Below are positions 1 to 8,965 of a stretch of 34,485 nt of DNA, one piece after another (position 1 is the stretch's first letter; each line of letters opens with the position of its first letter). A model generated the notes under the pieces. The model saw only the letters and a program-made list of their open reading frames with translations. It had not been told where the DNA came from and made no database searches. The DNA is from an uncultured Eubacteriales bacterium (lineage in GTDB: Bacteria > Bacillota > Clostridia > Acetivibrionales > CAYWGM01), in assembly GCA_964499315.1 (NCBI GenBank), contig CAZCKQ010000001.1, forward strand, positions 1-34,485. The letters are read 5' to 3'. Both the position numbers and the translations under genes were made by a program.

Positions 1-771
1 ACCCGCTTCGTTGCAAATATACAAAGGCTTCATCACTTTCAGCGCGCTCCCGCCACCTTTTCTTGATTTGACAAGCACCAGGCTTGGATCCGAATCGGGC
101 GAAGAGTGGACAAAGCGCATGAATTTAGGTTCGAGCTTGTACTCACGTAACAAACTCAGCAAGTCTACCAGACGGGATGGCTTATATACAACTGAAAAAA
201 GCCCGCCGAAACGTAAAAGCTCCGATGCCGCGTTAATAACATCTTCAAGCCTGCAAAGCAGTTCATGCCGTGAAACAGCCTTGATATCCGATGGATTGAG
301 GATGCCGCCATTTTGCTTAATATATGGAGGATTGCATGTCACAGAGTCGAAAATGCCCTGACCGATATGTTTCCAGCAGTCTTTCATATCGCAGTTGCAG
401 ATGGTTATCCTGTCTTCAAGACCATTTAAAATGACGTTCCTCCGCGCCAGTTCCGAAACCGGCTGTTGTATCTCAACACCGGTAATCAGACTGGCTTCGG
501 TCTTGCCTGCAAGCAAAATGGGAATAATACCTGAACCGGTCCCAAGATCGGCTACCTTGTCGCCTTTACGCACACCGGCAAAATCGGCAAGAATAACAGA
601 ATCAATACCAAAACAGAACCAGTCGACCCTCTGTATAATTTTCAAACCCTTGAGCTGAAGGTCATCCAGCCTTTCATTCTCTCCGAGTTCAACTTCCGGT
701 ACTATTCCTATATTCTTTCCTATTCCTTTTCTTTTTTTCTTGGGGCATCGACGGGACAAACGCCGGAACAT
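1..771 (-). CDS. SAM-dependent N6-adenine methyltransferase, YabB/TrmN6-like (tRNA1(Val) m6A37 MTase family); C-terminus cut by the window edge, 5' end uncertain
   Basis: Absent from the ORF track because its stop lies left of base 1. My reverse-complement translation reads ...ENERLDDLQLKGLKIIQRVDWFCFGIDSVILADFAGVRKGDKVADLGTGSGIIPILLAGK... (SAM motif I) and ...DSVTCNPPYIKQNGG (NPPY motif, about 322-333), ending ...KPLYICNEAG at base 1. Similarity starts near 690. The only canonical in-frame ATG is at 771, inside the ferredoxin gene. Confidence 0.75.
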   Translation of the reverse strand, partial: MFRRLSRRCPKKKRKGIGKNIGIVPEVELGENERLDDLQLKGLKIIQRVDWFCFGIDSVILADFAGVRKGDKVADLGTGSGIIPILLAGKTEASLITGVEIQQPVSELARRNVILNGLEDRITICNCDMKDCWKHIGQGIFDSVTCNPPYIKQNGGILNPSDIKAVSRHELLCRLEDVINAASELLRFGGLFSVVYKPSRLVDLLSLLREYKLEPKFMRFVHSSPDSDPSLVLVKSRKGGGSALKVMKPLYICNEAG

Positions 772-908
772 GCGCCGCACTCAGTGCAGCAGTCTTCATC
801 GATCACGAATTTCGAGTCTCCGGATTTGATACACGCAACCGGGCATTCTGCCTCGCATGCCCCGCAATTGATGCATTCATCATATATAAAATATGCCATT
901 TCCTGCAC
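720..908 (-). CDS. 2x[4Fe-4S] ferredoxin (62 aa)
   Basis: Two CxxCxxCxxxCP clusters: CINCGACEAECP and CTECGACSGVCP. Confidence 0.9.
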   Translation of the reverse strand: MQEMAYFIYDECINCGACEAECPVACIKSGDSKFVIDEDCCTECGACSGVCPVDAPRKKEKE

Positions 909-986
909 CTCCTAAAAATTGAACTCACTTATTCTACCACCAAAAGCGCTATTTGAAAAGACCCGTACCTTATCCTGCGTCAAGGC

Positions 987-1856
987 CTAATCCTCCAGCT
1001 GCTTCAACTCTTCCAGGTCAGGCACTGTTTCCTCCACTGCCGCGACATCCTTGATCACTTTAAGATCGGCAACCGCATAACTCTTAAGGTCAGTTTCATT
1101 CTCCTTATCAAGTTTAACTCTCACTGTCTCTTTCAAAACGCTGGCGTCCACCACTACACCGGGACCATCGGGCGTCTCCACTATCGCGCCTGCCTTGGGG
1201 ATATTCTTCAGAAGCTCCTCGTATGCCTCCTGCTCATATTTCAGGCAACACATCAGTCTTCCGCATGTGCCGGATATCTTGGAAGGGTTCAATGAAAGGC
1301 CTTGTTCCTTTGCCATTTTAATGGATACCGGCTGGAAGTCGGCAAGGAAAGACCTGCAGCACAGGATTCTTCCGCAAACGCCGATGCCTCCCATCATTTT
1401 TGACTCATCCCTTACCCCGATCTGCCTTAACTCGATCCTTGTCTTGAATACCGAAGCAAGGTCCTTTACCAATTCCCTGAAGTCTATCCTGCCGTCGGCG
1501 GAAAAATAGAACAATATCTTGTTGTTATCGAAGGTGTACTCCACATCGATCAATTTCATATCCAGGTTATGATCCTTGATCTTCTGTAAACATATTCCGA
1601 AGGCTTCCTTTTCTTTTTCCCTGTTTTCTTCCAAATGCTTAACGTCTTCTTCGGTGGCTATCCTGATCACGGTTTTCAGTGGATTCACAATATATTCTTC
1701 CGGTACTTCCTTGCTGATCATGACAACATTGCCGAATTCGATACCCCTGGCGGTCTCTACTATCACCGGGGTATCAAGCTCCGTCGCCAGGTCTCCCGGA
1801 TCAAAATAATATATCCTGCCTGCTTTTTTAAACCTTACGCCTACTACCTTAACCAT
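987..1856 (-). CDS. ricT: PSP1-domain protein RicT/YaaT (stage 0 sporulation / RNase Y regulator family)
   Basis: The Cys-rich core GVCGRILCCRSF...GTCGRLMCCLKYE is typical of PSP1/YaaT. Position directly after holB is conserved. Confidence 0.85.
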   Translation of the reverse strand: MVKVVGVRFKKAGRIYYFDPGDLATELDTPVIVETARGIEFGNVVMISKEVPEEYIVNPLKTVIRIATEEDVKHLEENREKEKEAFGICLQKIKDHNLDMKLIDVEYTFDNNKILFYFSADGRIDFRELVKDLASVFKTRIELRQIGVRDESKMMGGIGVCGRILCCRSFLADFQPVSIKMAKEQGLSLNPSKISGTCGRLMCCLKYEQEAYEELLKNIPKAGAIVETPDGPGVVVDASVLKETVRVKLDKENETDLKSYAVADLKVIKDVAAVEETVPDLEELKQLED

Positions 1857-2845
1857 ATATCACAGTCCTCCTGTAATTTCATAACCAATACGTCCATAAC
1901 TGTTGCGAAATTGGCATTATGCCTCAGGCTTGCCCTTGCCGACCCGATCGCGTCAATATCGCGCACAAATTTGCAGCAGGGCGCTTTGGCCGCAACACTT
2001 GTAATGATACCGCTCTTGTCGGAATTTATCAACCGCATCCCATCGATGCCGTTTGCCGTTAAGAGCATGTCCCTTATGAACGATTCGATAAAATCCAATA
2101 TATATCCAATGTCGTTTTTGTTATTTTCAAAGAAAGACAACGCCGATAATGCCTTGGAAAGGGATCCGTCATATATCCTGAGCAGCGATTCCAGCGCGCC
2201 TTCCCTCAGCTCCATGTATCGCGGCGAAGAGGCGATTCCTGCCGCCGCCCCTATCAATCCGTCCGAATACGATGCCGCAAAAGCATGCTCCGCTTCCGTT
2301 CCTTCGCAATTGGCCGCAAGAAAACCGATGACCTCCTCATCAGTATTCCGCCGGAAATCCAGTCTCGAAAGCCTGGACCTGACAGTCGGAAGGAGAGCGT
2401 CATAATTGGATACGGTAAGGATCATCACGCAGTAGGATGGCGGCTCTTCAAGTATTTTCAGCATGCTGTTCTGGGCTTGCATGGTCATTTTACCGGCATT
2501 CTCGATTAACACTACTTTTTTACCGGAATTTACCGGCTTTTTGATAATGGATTCATGGAGCAGTCTGACGGAATCGACACCGATATTTCCATCCGCAGGT
2601 GAAACAACCAAAAAATCAGGGTTTGTACCTGCGTCATATGATCTGCATGAGAGGCACGAGCCGCAGCCCCCAGCAGGATCGTTAGCCGTGCACAGGACGG
2701 CGCGGGCAAAAATCCTGGCCATTGTCCTTTTACCTATGCCTTCCGGACCGCAGAACGCATAGCAATGATTTATAAAACCACTCGTCAGGGAATGCTGCAG
2801 GCGACTGATAACGTCTTTTTGTCCATATATATCGCTGAAGACCAT
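1844..2845 (-). CDS. holB: DNA polymerase III subunit delta'
   Basis: P-loop-like GPEGIGKRT and zinc module CGSCLSCRSYDAGTNPDF. Sits between darA and ricT as in Bacillus. Overlaps ricT by 13 nt. Confidence 0.85.
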   Translation of the reverse strand: MVFSDIYGQKDVISRLQHSLTSGFINHCYAFCGPEGIGKRTMARIFARAVLCTANDPAGGCGSCLSCRSYDAGTNPDFLVVSPADGNIGVDSVRLLHESIIKKPVNSGKKVVLIENAGKMTMQAQNSMLKILEEPPSYCVMILTVSNYDALLPTVRSRLSRLDFRRNTDEEVIGFLAANCEGTEAEHAFAASYSDGLIGAAAGIASSPRYMELREGALESLLRIYDGSLSKALSALSFFENNKNDIGYILDFIESFIRDMLLTANGIDGMRLINSDKSGIITSVAAKAPCCKFVRDIDAIGSARASLRHNANFATVMDVLVMKLQEDCDIWLR

Positions 2846-2850
2846 TTTGA

Positions 2851-3180
2851 TTATACTTTTTCGAACCTTGCCACATCAATTACAAAGATAGTGGCGCCGC
2901 CGACGACGACCTCGACCGGATACGGCATGAACATTCCGCCCATACCGTTCGGTGTCATCGAAGAATTGATGACCTGTTTCCGGCTCTTTGACTTTCTCTT
3001 GATTATCTCAATCACCGAGTCAAGCTTATCTTCCTCTATACCGACAAGCAGAGTAGTATTGCCGGCCCTGAGGAAACCGCCGGTCGAACACAATTTGGTT
3101 ACGCTGAATCCGTTTTTATTCAATTCATCCGTGACCTTGTGCCCGTCTTCATCATGGACAACCGCGAAAACAAGTTTCAT
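2851..3180 (-). CDS. darA: PII-like cyclic-di-AMP receptor DarA (YaaQ family)
   Basis: 109 aa, MKLVFAVVHDEDGHKVTDELNKNGFSVTKLCSTGGFLRAGNTTLLVG matches the YaaQ/DarA family. Lies downstream of tmk. Confidence 0.8.
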   Translation of the reverse strand: MKLVFAVVHDEDGHKVTDELNKNGFSVTKLCSTGGFLRAGNTTLLVGIEEDKLDSVIEIIKRKSKSRKQVINSSMTPNGMGGMFMPYPVEVVVGGATIFVIDVARFEKV

Positions 3181-3205
3181 ACCGACCTCCGCAAAAATAT
3201 TTCAT

Positions 3206-3835
3206 TTATCGGCATCTGCGGGCAAGAAACGTATCAAGTTCCCGCCTTACCGATTCAAATACCTTCATCTTATCCACATCCGCATTAATAATCTTAATCC
3301 GGGAAGGGAACTTTTGTGCCAACTCCCTGAATCCGTTGAGGACCCGTATGTGGAACTCCATCTTTTCATTCTCTATCCTGTCAAAGGTGTCGGTCTTTCT
3401 GGCAAAAGCGTTCTCCGGCTCAATATCAAAAATAAAGGTTATATCAGGAAGGAGGCCTCCAAGCGCCGGTTCATTGACCGAACATACGACATCGGCTCCG
3501 AGGCCTCTGCCATAACCCTGGTAGGCAAGGCTCGAATCAACGAACCTGTCGCATATGACAGCTTTCCCGTCAGAGAGCGCAGGCCTTAAGACCTCATCAA
3601 CCAATTGCGCCCTGGACGCGGCATACAAAAGCATTTCAGCCACAGGCGACATGGCCGTGTTCTCCCGGTCAAGCAATAACTCCCTGATCTTCTCACAGAT
3701 GGGCGGTCCGCCGGGTTCCCTCAAGACAAGCACATCAAAGCCTTTTTGCCGCAGATATGCCTCTATTAATTCCAACTGCGTCGATTTACCGCAGCCATCA
3801 ATCCCTTCGACAGAAATGAAGATGCCTTTCCCCAT
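3206..3835 (-). CDS. tmk: thymidylate kinase
   Basis: P-loop VEGIDGCGKSTQ, REPGG, DRFVDSSLAYQG. Confidence 0.95.
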   Translation of the reverse strand: MGKGIFISVEGIDGCGKSTQLELIEAYLRQKGFDVLVLREPGGPPICEKIRELLLDRENTAMSPVAEMLLYAASRAQLVDEVLRPALSDGKAVICDRFVDSSLAYQGYGRGLGADVVCSVNEPALGGLLPDITFIFDIEPENAFARKTDTFDRIENEKMEFHIRVLNGFRELAQKFPSRIKIINADVDKMKVFESVRRELDTFLARRCR

Positions 3836-3874
3836 CCGGCGGATATTCCTTTCTTCGCTCAGATATCAGTTAAA

Positions 3875-5368
3875 TTATATCATGACGTCAACATAATAAG
3901 CATCATTAATTTTTTTCAGACCTTCGACTGCGCCGCCCGCGTCCAATATCAACCCGATATACTCCACTGTTTGGGCAGAAATCTCCTCACCGGGCATTAC
4001 CGCCGGAATTCCCGGAGGATACGGAACTATCATGCCGCGGCTGATGCGTCCCGCAGCCCTCCTGAACCCAATTGACTCTCCGGGCATATGGAAAGCCTCT
4101 TTTAACCGGAGCGCCGCACGCGGCAACGGTTGTCTGAAAAATCTGTCCGAACACTCCCTTAGCTTGTCAAAATCAGCCGGCGCCTTGTTTTGTGGCAATA
4201 ATCCATGGTTATCGCGATTATCCGATATATATGTCAAAGCCCTCCTGAGCCTTGCAAAATCCTTCTTCGTATTTGACACAGCCGATAAGATAACGACATT
4301 GAACAGGTCGGCCATCTCAGTCTGAATCCCGAATCTGTGTTTGAGCGCATACGTCGTGGTGAATCCATCCAATCCCGCCGCAGCGGCGTGCATCACCATC
4401 CGGGAGGGGTCGTATTTTCTGCCGGCGCCAATATCGTTCCGGCCAAGCCATTCTATATTATGTATATTTGTGATGCCGCCGATATTATGCAGCAGCTGTT
4501 CCAGCAGCGCCTCCCCGTCTCTTTCCATCACGGCGCGCGCGGCGTCAAGATACATCATCAGTATGTATGAAGGACTGGAGGTTTGAAGCATCCTGAGCGC
4601 ATTTTCCAGCTTCGGGATATCTATTCCCCGAGCCGCTCCGGAATCAATGCCGGCCTGTGCGGACCCTACATGAAGCAGCGCGCTCTGAGTCGGAGCCGGA
4701 AGGGTTTTGTGCGCGCTCTGGATCACGATATCGGCCCCGCCCTCCAAAGCACAAATGGGTAATTTGCGGTTGAATGCAAGATGAGCCCCGTGCGCCTCAT
4801 CTACACATAGTATTTTACCGTATGAGTGCACCACATCGGCTATGGAGGATATATCAGTGCAGACGCCATAATAATTGGGCCGCGTCACAACAACGCATGC
4901 GGCGTCAGGGTGTTCATCGAGCGACTTTTTAACTGATCCGGCATCAATCCCCGTTGTAATGCAAAAACGATCATTATACCCAGGTATGATGTATACCGGA
5001 TCGGCATCTGCCAGTATAAGCCCCGTAATGACTGACTTATGGCAATCCCTGCCGATAAGCGCCTTGTCCCCGGGTTTGCACAGACTCATCAGCGCCGCCT
5101 GCAACCCGCAGCTCGATCCGTTTACGAGAAAATACGTCCTTGCGGCGCCAAAGGCCTTTGCAGCAAGCTGCTGCGCCTCCATGACAACTCCCTCGGGGCA
5201 ATGCAGGTTATCGAGGCCGGGAATCTCCGTCAGGTCGCATGCGGGAAATACTCTTTGAAATGCCCGCGGAATCCCGCTGCCCATCCTATGCCCGGGCATA
5301 TGGAAAGGTACAGGTTTCGTCCTGATATATGACTTGATCGCATCGTAAATCGGCGTCCTCATCCGCAT
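3875..5368 (-). CDS. PLP-dependent Orn/Lys/Arg decarboxylase family protein
   Basis: 497 aa with PFHMPGH N-terminus and the PLP-lysine motif SAHKTLP. Same position as yaaO in Bacillus. Confidence 0.85.
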   Translation of the reverse strand: MRMRTPIYDAIKSYIRTKPVPFHMPGHRMGSGIPRAFQRVFPACDLTEIPGLDNLHCPEGVVMEAQQLAAKAFGAARTYFLVNGSSCGLQAALMSLCKPGDKALIGRDCHKSVITGLILADADPVYIIPGYNDRFCITTGIDAGSVKKSLDEHPDAACVVVTRPNYYGVCTDISSIADVVHSYGKILCVDEAHGAHLAFNRKLPICALEGGADIVIQSAHKTLPAPTQSALLHVGSAQAGIDSGAARGIDIPKLENALRMLQTSSPSYILMMYLDAARAVMERDGEALLEQLLHNIGGITNIHNIEWLGRNDIGAGRKYDPSRMVMHAAAAGLDGFTTTYALKHRFGIQTEMADLFNVVILSAVSNTKKDFARLRRALTYISDNRDNHGLLPQNKAPADFDKLRECSDRFFRQPLPRAALRLKEAFHMPGESIGFRRAAGRISRGMIVPYPPGIPAVMPGEEISAQTVEYIGLILDAGGAVEGLKKINDAYYVDVMI

Positions 5369-5413
5369 ATCGTCACACTCATATCTACGCCCAGACCCCT
5401 CCGGTAAAAACGT

Positions 5414-5442
5414 TTAACACATTACCATATATATTATATAAT
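5414..5442 (+). promoter_or_regulatory. putative sigma-A promoter of the HAD gene (TTAACA-17-TATAAT), near-leaderless
   Basis: -35 ttaaca at 5414-5419, a 17-nt spacer, -10 tataat at 5437-5442. The ATG at 5452 is 9 nt after the -10 and has no Shine-Dalgarno. Confidence 0.35.
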
Positions 5443-5451
5443 AATAAGCCT

Positions 5452-6144
5452 ATGGAAAAGTATTTGCTTATCTGGGATATTGACGGTACGTTAATACGCA
5501 CGGGAGGCACAGGCAGAAACTCGATGGAAATGGCCTTCCGCGAAGCGTACGGTATCAAGGATGCGTTAAAAAACTATGATATGGCCGGCATGCTCGACAT
5601 GGTCATTTATGAGCAGATAATGGACAGATTCGGGATTCCCGGACACCGGAGAGACCCCAATGCATTTTTCGGCATTTACTGTACCATACTTGAAAATGAG
5701 ATAAAAAAACACGGTAATATACGGGCTCTACCCGGCATCAAGCAAATCCTGGCGACTCTCGATCAAAATGAACGTTTCTGCAACTCGCTCGGCACCGGCA
5801 ATATTAAGAACGGAGCAAGGCTTAAACTTGGGGCCGTGGACCTCAACGGATATTTCCCCACAGGCGGTTTCTCAGATGGTAATGTTAAAGAAAGATGGCT
5901 GGTGATAAAAAAAGCGGTAGAAAATGCAAAACAGCACTATTCTACGGCATTTGACCCCGAAATGACCTATGTAATCGGCGATACGCCAAGAGACATAGAA
6001 TGCGGAAAACGCGCCGGTTTGCGTACTATCGCCGTGGCAACGGGTTACTTTTCGGAAGAGGTCCTTAAAGCATACGGCCCTGACCATCATTTTGCGGATC
6101 TCAGCAATGTACAGCAATTCCTTTCCATATTCAATCAGGCATGA
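5452..6144 (+). CDS. HAD-superfamily hydrolase (phosphatase-like)
   Basis: Motif I WDIDGTL (DxDxT) at residues 8-14 and motif III IGDTPRDIECGKRAG. Confidence 0.8.
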   Translation: MEKYLLIWDIDGTLIRTGGTGRNSMEMAFREAYGIKDALKNYDMAGMLDMVIYEQIMDRFGIPGHRRDPNAFFGIYCTILENEIKKHGNIRALPGIKQILATLDQNERFCNSLGTGNIKNGARLKLGAVDLNGYFPTGGFSDGNVKERWLVIKKAVENAKQHYSTAFDPEMTYVIGDTPRDIECGKRAGLRTIAVATGYFSEEVLKAYGPDHHFADLSNVQQFLSIFNQA

Positions 6145-6761
6145 TCAATCAGTTGTAAGAGGCCGATGAATCCTGAACAGCTCATAGCCGCATTCATAAA
6201 GGAGATCCGGTATCAGGCGCACATTTACCCTGTCGTATTCCTTGATTTGTTCAGGAAGATCATCATAAGGCACCATATCGGATCTATTATCCCTGATTTA
6301 TCATGCATCGACAGGCTTTTGGGTCTCTGGATGATGACGCTGCCGAAGGCCGCCGCAATGATGCCCTCATAAATCTCCAATCCGCCAAGCATATGTTGGC
6401 GTAAGGCCTAGCGGGATACAGTATTCCCGGTGACATCAGGTACTTTCCGGCATAACAGGGAGGCCTCTGAAATGACGATCTCTTCGTTTTCAAGTAATCC
6501 CGCATCCTTATTCAGGACCGGGCCCGATACCTCGGCAGATCCGCCGGATGACCCGCCGGATCCGACAAGCCGGGCTAAAAGCAGAGCCCCGCTTTCCGTA
6601 TAATACCTGTTCAGGCTCATGTGCTGCTTCCAACTATGTGAGGCGCTGTCTTTTACAGATATGATCGGAGGATCCTGGACTTCAAACCAATTGAGGTACA
6701 AGTCCCCTGTAACTGCAATCTTTTTCACCGATGCGTTTGCTTCCATCAATTCAAACCCCAC
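6145..6761 (-). pseudogene. decayed gene of unknown function (in-frame TAG plus a frame change)
   Basis: The 117-aa ORF (6408-6761) ends at TAG 6408-6410. The same frame stays open to 6228 (ALRQHMLGGLEIYEGIIAAAFGSVIIQRPKSL...). A protein-like C-terminal piece (MVPYDDLPEQIKEYDRVNVRLIPDLLYECGYELFRIHRPLTTD, 6145-6276) lies in another frame. I recognise no family. Confidence 0.35.
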
Positions 6762-7007
6762 AACATCTGCGTCCTTTCGCTCCCGTTTACCTTTATCTTA
6801 TACAAGCGGCACCCGTCGGAGGCGTTCTGGTATCCCGTTGCTTTCGATAAAAGAACACACGGCAAAAGCAGAAGATTTGTCTTTTGAGGAATAAGAGATA
6901 AATACATCTCGGGCCAAGCGGAACACCCCCCTGTCAGAAAGCCGATACACAGAATCTTAACAATATCTGGCAGATAATTCAATATTCATTATCCATTTCC
7001 GATAGAA

Positions 7008-7036
7008 TTGTCCAAAATGTCATGCTATGCTATACT
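7008..7036 (+). promoter_or_regulatory. putative sigma-A promoter of prfA (TTGTCC-17-TGcTATACT), leaderless configuration
   Basis: -35 at 7008-7013, a 17-nt spacer, extended -10 tgc-tatact with the hexamer at 7031-7036. The ATG at 7044 is 7 nt after the -10 and has no SD. Confidence 0.45.
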
Positions 7037-7043
7037 GTGATTT

Positions 7044-8114
7044 ATGTTCAATAAACTTAAAGCGGCTGAAGACCGCTATGAAGAAATAAACTCCAAGCTC
7101 AGCGAGCCTGGCGTCATTGCTGATCAGGATGCATACAGGAAGCTTATGAAAGAGCATGCCGAACTCGACGGCATAGTAATGAAGTTCAGGGAGTATAAAA
7201 AGTACATCGCTGAAGCCGAAGATACCCGAAATCTTCTGGACGAAAAGCTGGAAAAGGATTTCAGGGAATTGGCTGAAGCAGAATATGAGAATATCAGGTT
7301 TAACCTTGAGAAAGTCAAGAACGAGCTGCAGATATTACTGCTGCCAAAAGACCCCAATGACGAAAGAAGCGTCATCATGGAGATCAGAGGCGGAGCCGGA
7401 GGCGAGGAAGCTGCCTTGTTCGTCGGCGACCTTTTCAGGATGTACTCCAGATATGCCGAGAATAAACGGTGGAAAACCGACATACTTGATTCAAACCCTA
7501 CGGAAATAGGCGGTTTCAAAGAGATAATATTTGCTATTGAGGCAAAAGGGGCATACTCCAGACTGAAATACGAAAGCGGTGTGCACAGGGTCCAGAGGGT
7601 GCCTGAAACAGAAGCCGGCGGGCGCATACATACTTCCACGGTAACGGTTGCCGTACTCCCCGAAGCTGATGAAATCGAGGTTGACATCAATCCCGCCGAC
7701 CTGCAGGTCGATACATACAGGGCGGGAGGCGCAGGGGGCCAGCATATCAACAAGACAGAATCCGCGATAAGGATCACGCATCTTCCGACCGGGATAGTGG
7801 TGACATGTCAGGATGAAAGGTCCCAGCACAAGAACAGGGATAAGGCCATGAAGGTCCTGAGGTCTAGACTTTTTGAGATCGCATCCGAGCAGAAGAACAG
7901 CGAGATAGCCCAGGAAAGAAAAAGCCAGGTCGGCACGGGAGACCGCAGCGAAAGAATCAGGACATATAACTTCCCGCAGAGCCGCATTACGGACCATCGC
8001 ATCGGACTGACACTATACAAGCTGGAATACGTACTTGAAGGACAGCTCGATGAATTGATCGACGCGCTGATAATGGAAGACCAGGCAAAAAAACTTGCGG
8101 GCAACAGCCTGTGA
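7044..8114 (+). CDS. prfA: peptide chain release factor 1
   Basis: RF1-type tripeptide region [17 protein letters not shown] (PxT) and GGQ motif [15 protein letters not shown]. Confidence 0.97.
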   Translation: MFNKLKAAEDRYEEINSKLSEPGVIADQDAYRKLMKEHAELDGIVMKFREYKKYIAEAEDTRNLLDEKLEKDFRELAEAEYENIRFNLEKVKNELQILLLPKDPNDERSVIMEIRGGAGGEEAALFVGDLFRMYSRYAENKRWKTDILDSNPTEIGGFKEIIFAIEAKGAYSRLKYESGVHRVQRVPETEAGGRIHTSTVTVAVLPEADEIEVDINPADLQVDTYRAGGAGGQHINKTESAIRITHLPTGIVVTCQDERSQHKNRDKAMKVLRSRLFEIASEQKNSEIAQERKSQVGTGDRSERIRTYNFPQSRITDHRIGLTLYKLEYVLEGQLDELIDALIMEDQAKKLAGNSL

Positions 8115-8221
8115 AACATATCATATAAAACATATAATTGATACATGTTATTGTTCCGATATGAATACAATTAACAGAGCATCTCAAGGCAGATACTGCC
8201 CGGATAAGGTTGCCGGCATTA

Positions 8222-8965
8222 ATGCCCGAACTTCTGATAGTGACGTTAATAGGCCTTGCCTCAGGCATTTTAGGAACCGGTATCGGCGGATTGTCCGCAT
8301 TCTTGATCAAAGACATTTCGAACCGTTATCTCAGTTTCATCCTTGAGTTTTCCGCCGGGCTCATGACGGCGGTAGTATGCACCGAACTCATTCCCGAAGC
8401 CTTTGAAAGCGGCGGTATGCTGACTGCTGTCGGAGGCGCGTTATCCGGTATCATCGCCATCATGGCTATTGAAAAATGGCTGAAGGATTCAAAAATGATT
8501 AAACGGCATAACCATCGCTCCGGCAGGTCCCAGCTTATGAAAGCGGGAATCATGGTGGCCATCGGACTGGCGCTTCACAACCTGCCGGAAGGTTTTGCGG
8601 TGGGGTCGGGATTCAAGGTGTCAACCGGGTTGGGCATAACGGTCACCACCATCATCATGATCCATGACATCCCCGAAGGGATAGCCATGGCCGTCCCCAT
8701 GAGAGCCGGCGGCCTCCCTGGGATCAAGGCCTTCGCATATACCATCCTTTCCGGTGTCCCCATGGGTTTGGGAGCGCTGATCGGGGCGGCGCTCGGCAGC
8801 ATATCCGAGTATTTCATATCGGTATGCCTCGGCTTTGCGGCAGGCGCAATGCTCTACATAGTATTCGCCGAGCTCGTGCCGGAATCGAAAAGGCTGCATT
8901 TCGGCAGGCTTTCTTCTATTGGAAATATAATGGGCATAATCTGTGGTATAATAATTTCGTTATGA
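8222..8965 (+). CDS. ZIP-family divalent metal (zinc) transporter, ZupT-like
   Basis: Multi-TM protein with the ZIP signatures HNLPEGFAVG and IHDIPEGIAMAVP. The start is either ATG 8222 or TTG 8210. Confidence 0.85.
   Translation: MPELLIVTLIGLASGILGTGIGGLSAFLIKDISNRYLSFILEFSAGLMTAVVCTELIPEAFESGGMLTAVGGALSGIIAIMAIEKWLKDSKMIKRHNHRSGRSQLMKAGIMVAIGLALHNLPEGFAVGSGFKVSTGLGITVTTIIMIHDIPEGIAMAVPMRAGGLPGIKAFAYTILSGVPMGLGALIGAALGSISEYFISVCLGFAAGAMLYIVFAELVPESKRLHFGRLSSIGNIMGIICGIIISL

Noticed and set aside
1635-3589. Long plus-strand ORFs 1635-2405 and 2765-3589
   Set aside because: They are antisense shadows of holB, darA and tmk. Composition is Ser/Leu/Pro-rich and no motifs are present. The minus-strand genes carry clear catalytic motifs.
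6166-6372. 68-aa plus-strand ORF after the HAD gene
   Set aside because: It has odd composition (I/L/H-rich) and an SD only 3 nt from the ATG. It is exactly antisense to a more protein-like minus-strand segment. I kept it only as an alternative.
6408-6410. In-frame TAG as a pyrrolysine or read-through codon
   Set aside because: No pyl genes or PYLIS-like context are visible. The same gene also has a frame change, which fits decay or error better.
7124-8316. Minus-strand ORFs 7124-7777, 7491-7997, 7808-8170 and 7987-8316
   Set aside because: They are antisense shadows of prfA and the start of the ZIP gene, with low-complexity Ser-rich translations.
8824-8961. Upstream start for sua5 (track start 8824)
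   Set aside because: It would overlap the ZIP gene by 140 nt and would add non-homologous residues. ATG 8962 gives a standard Sua5 N-terminus.
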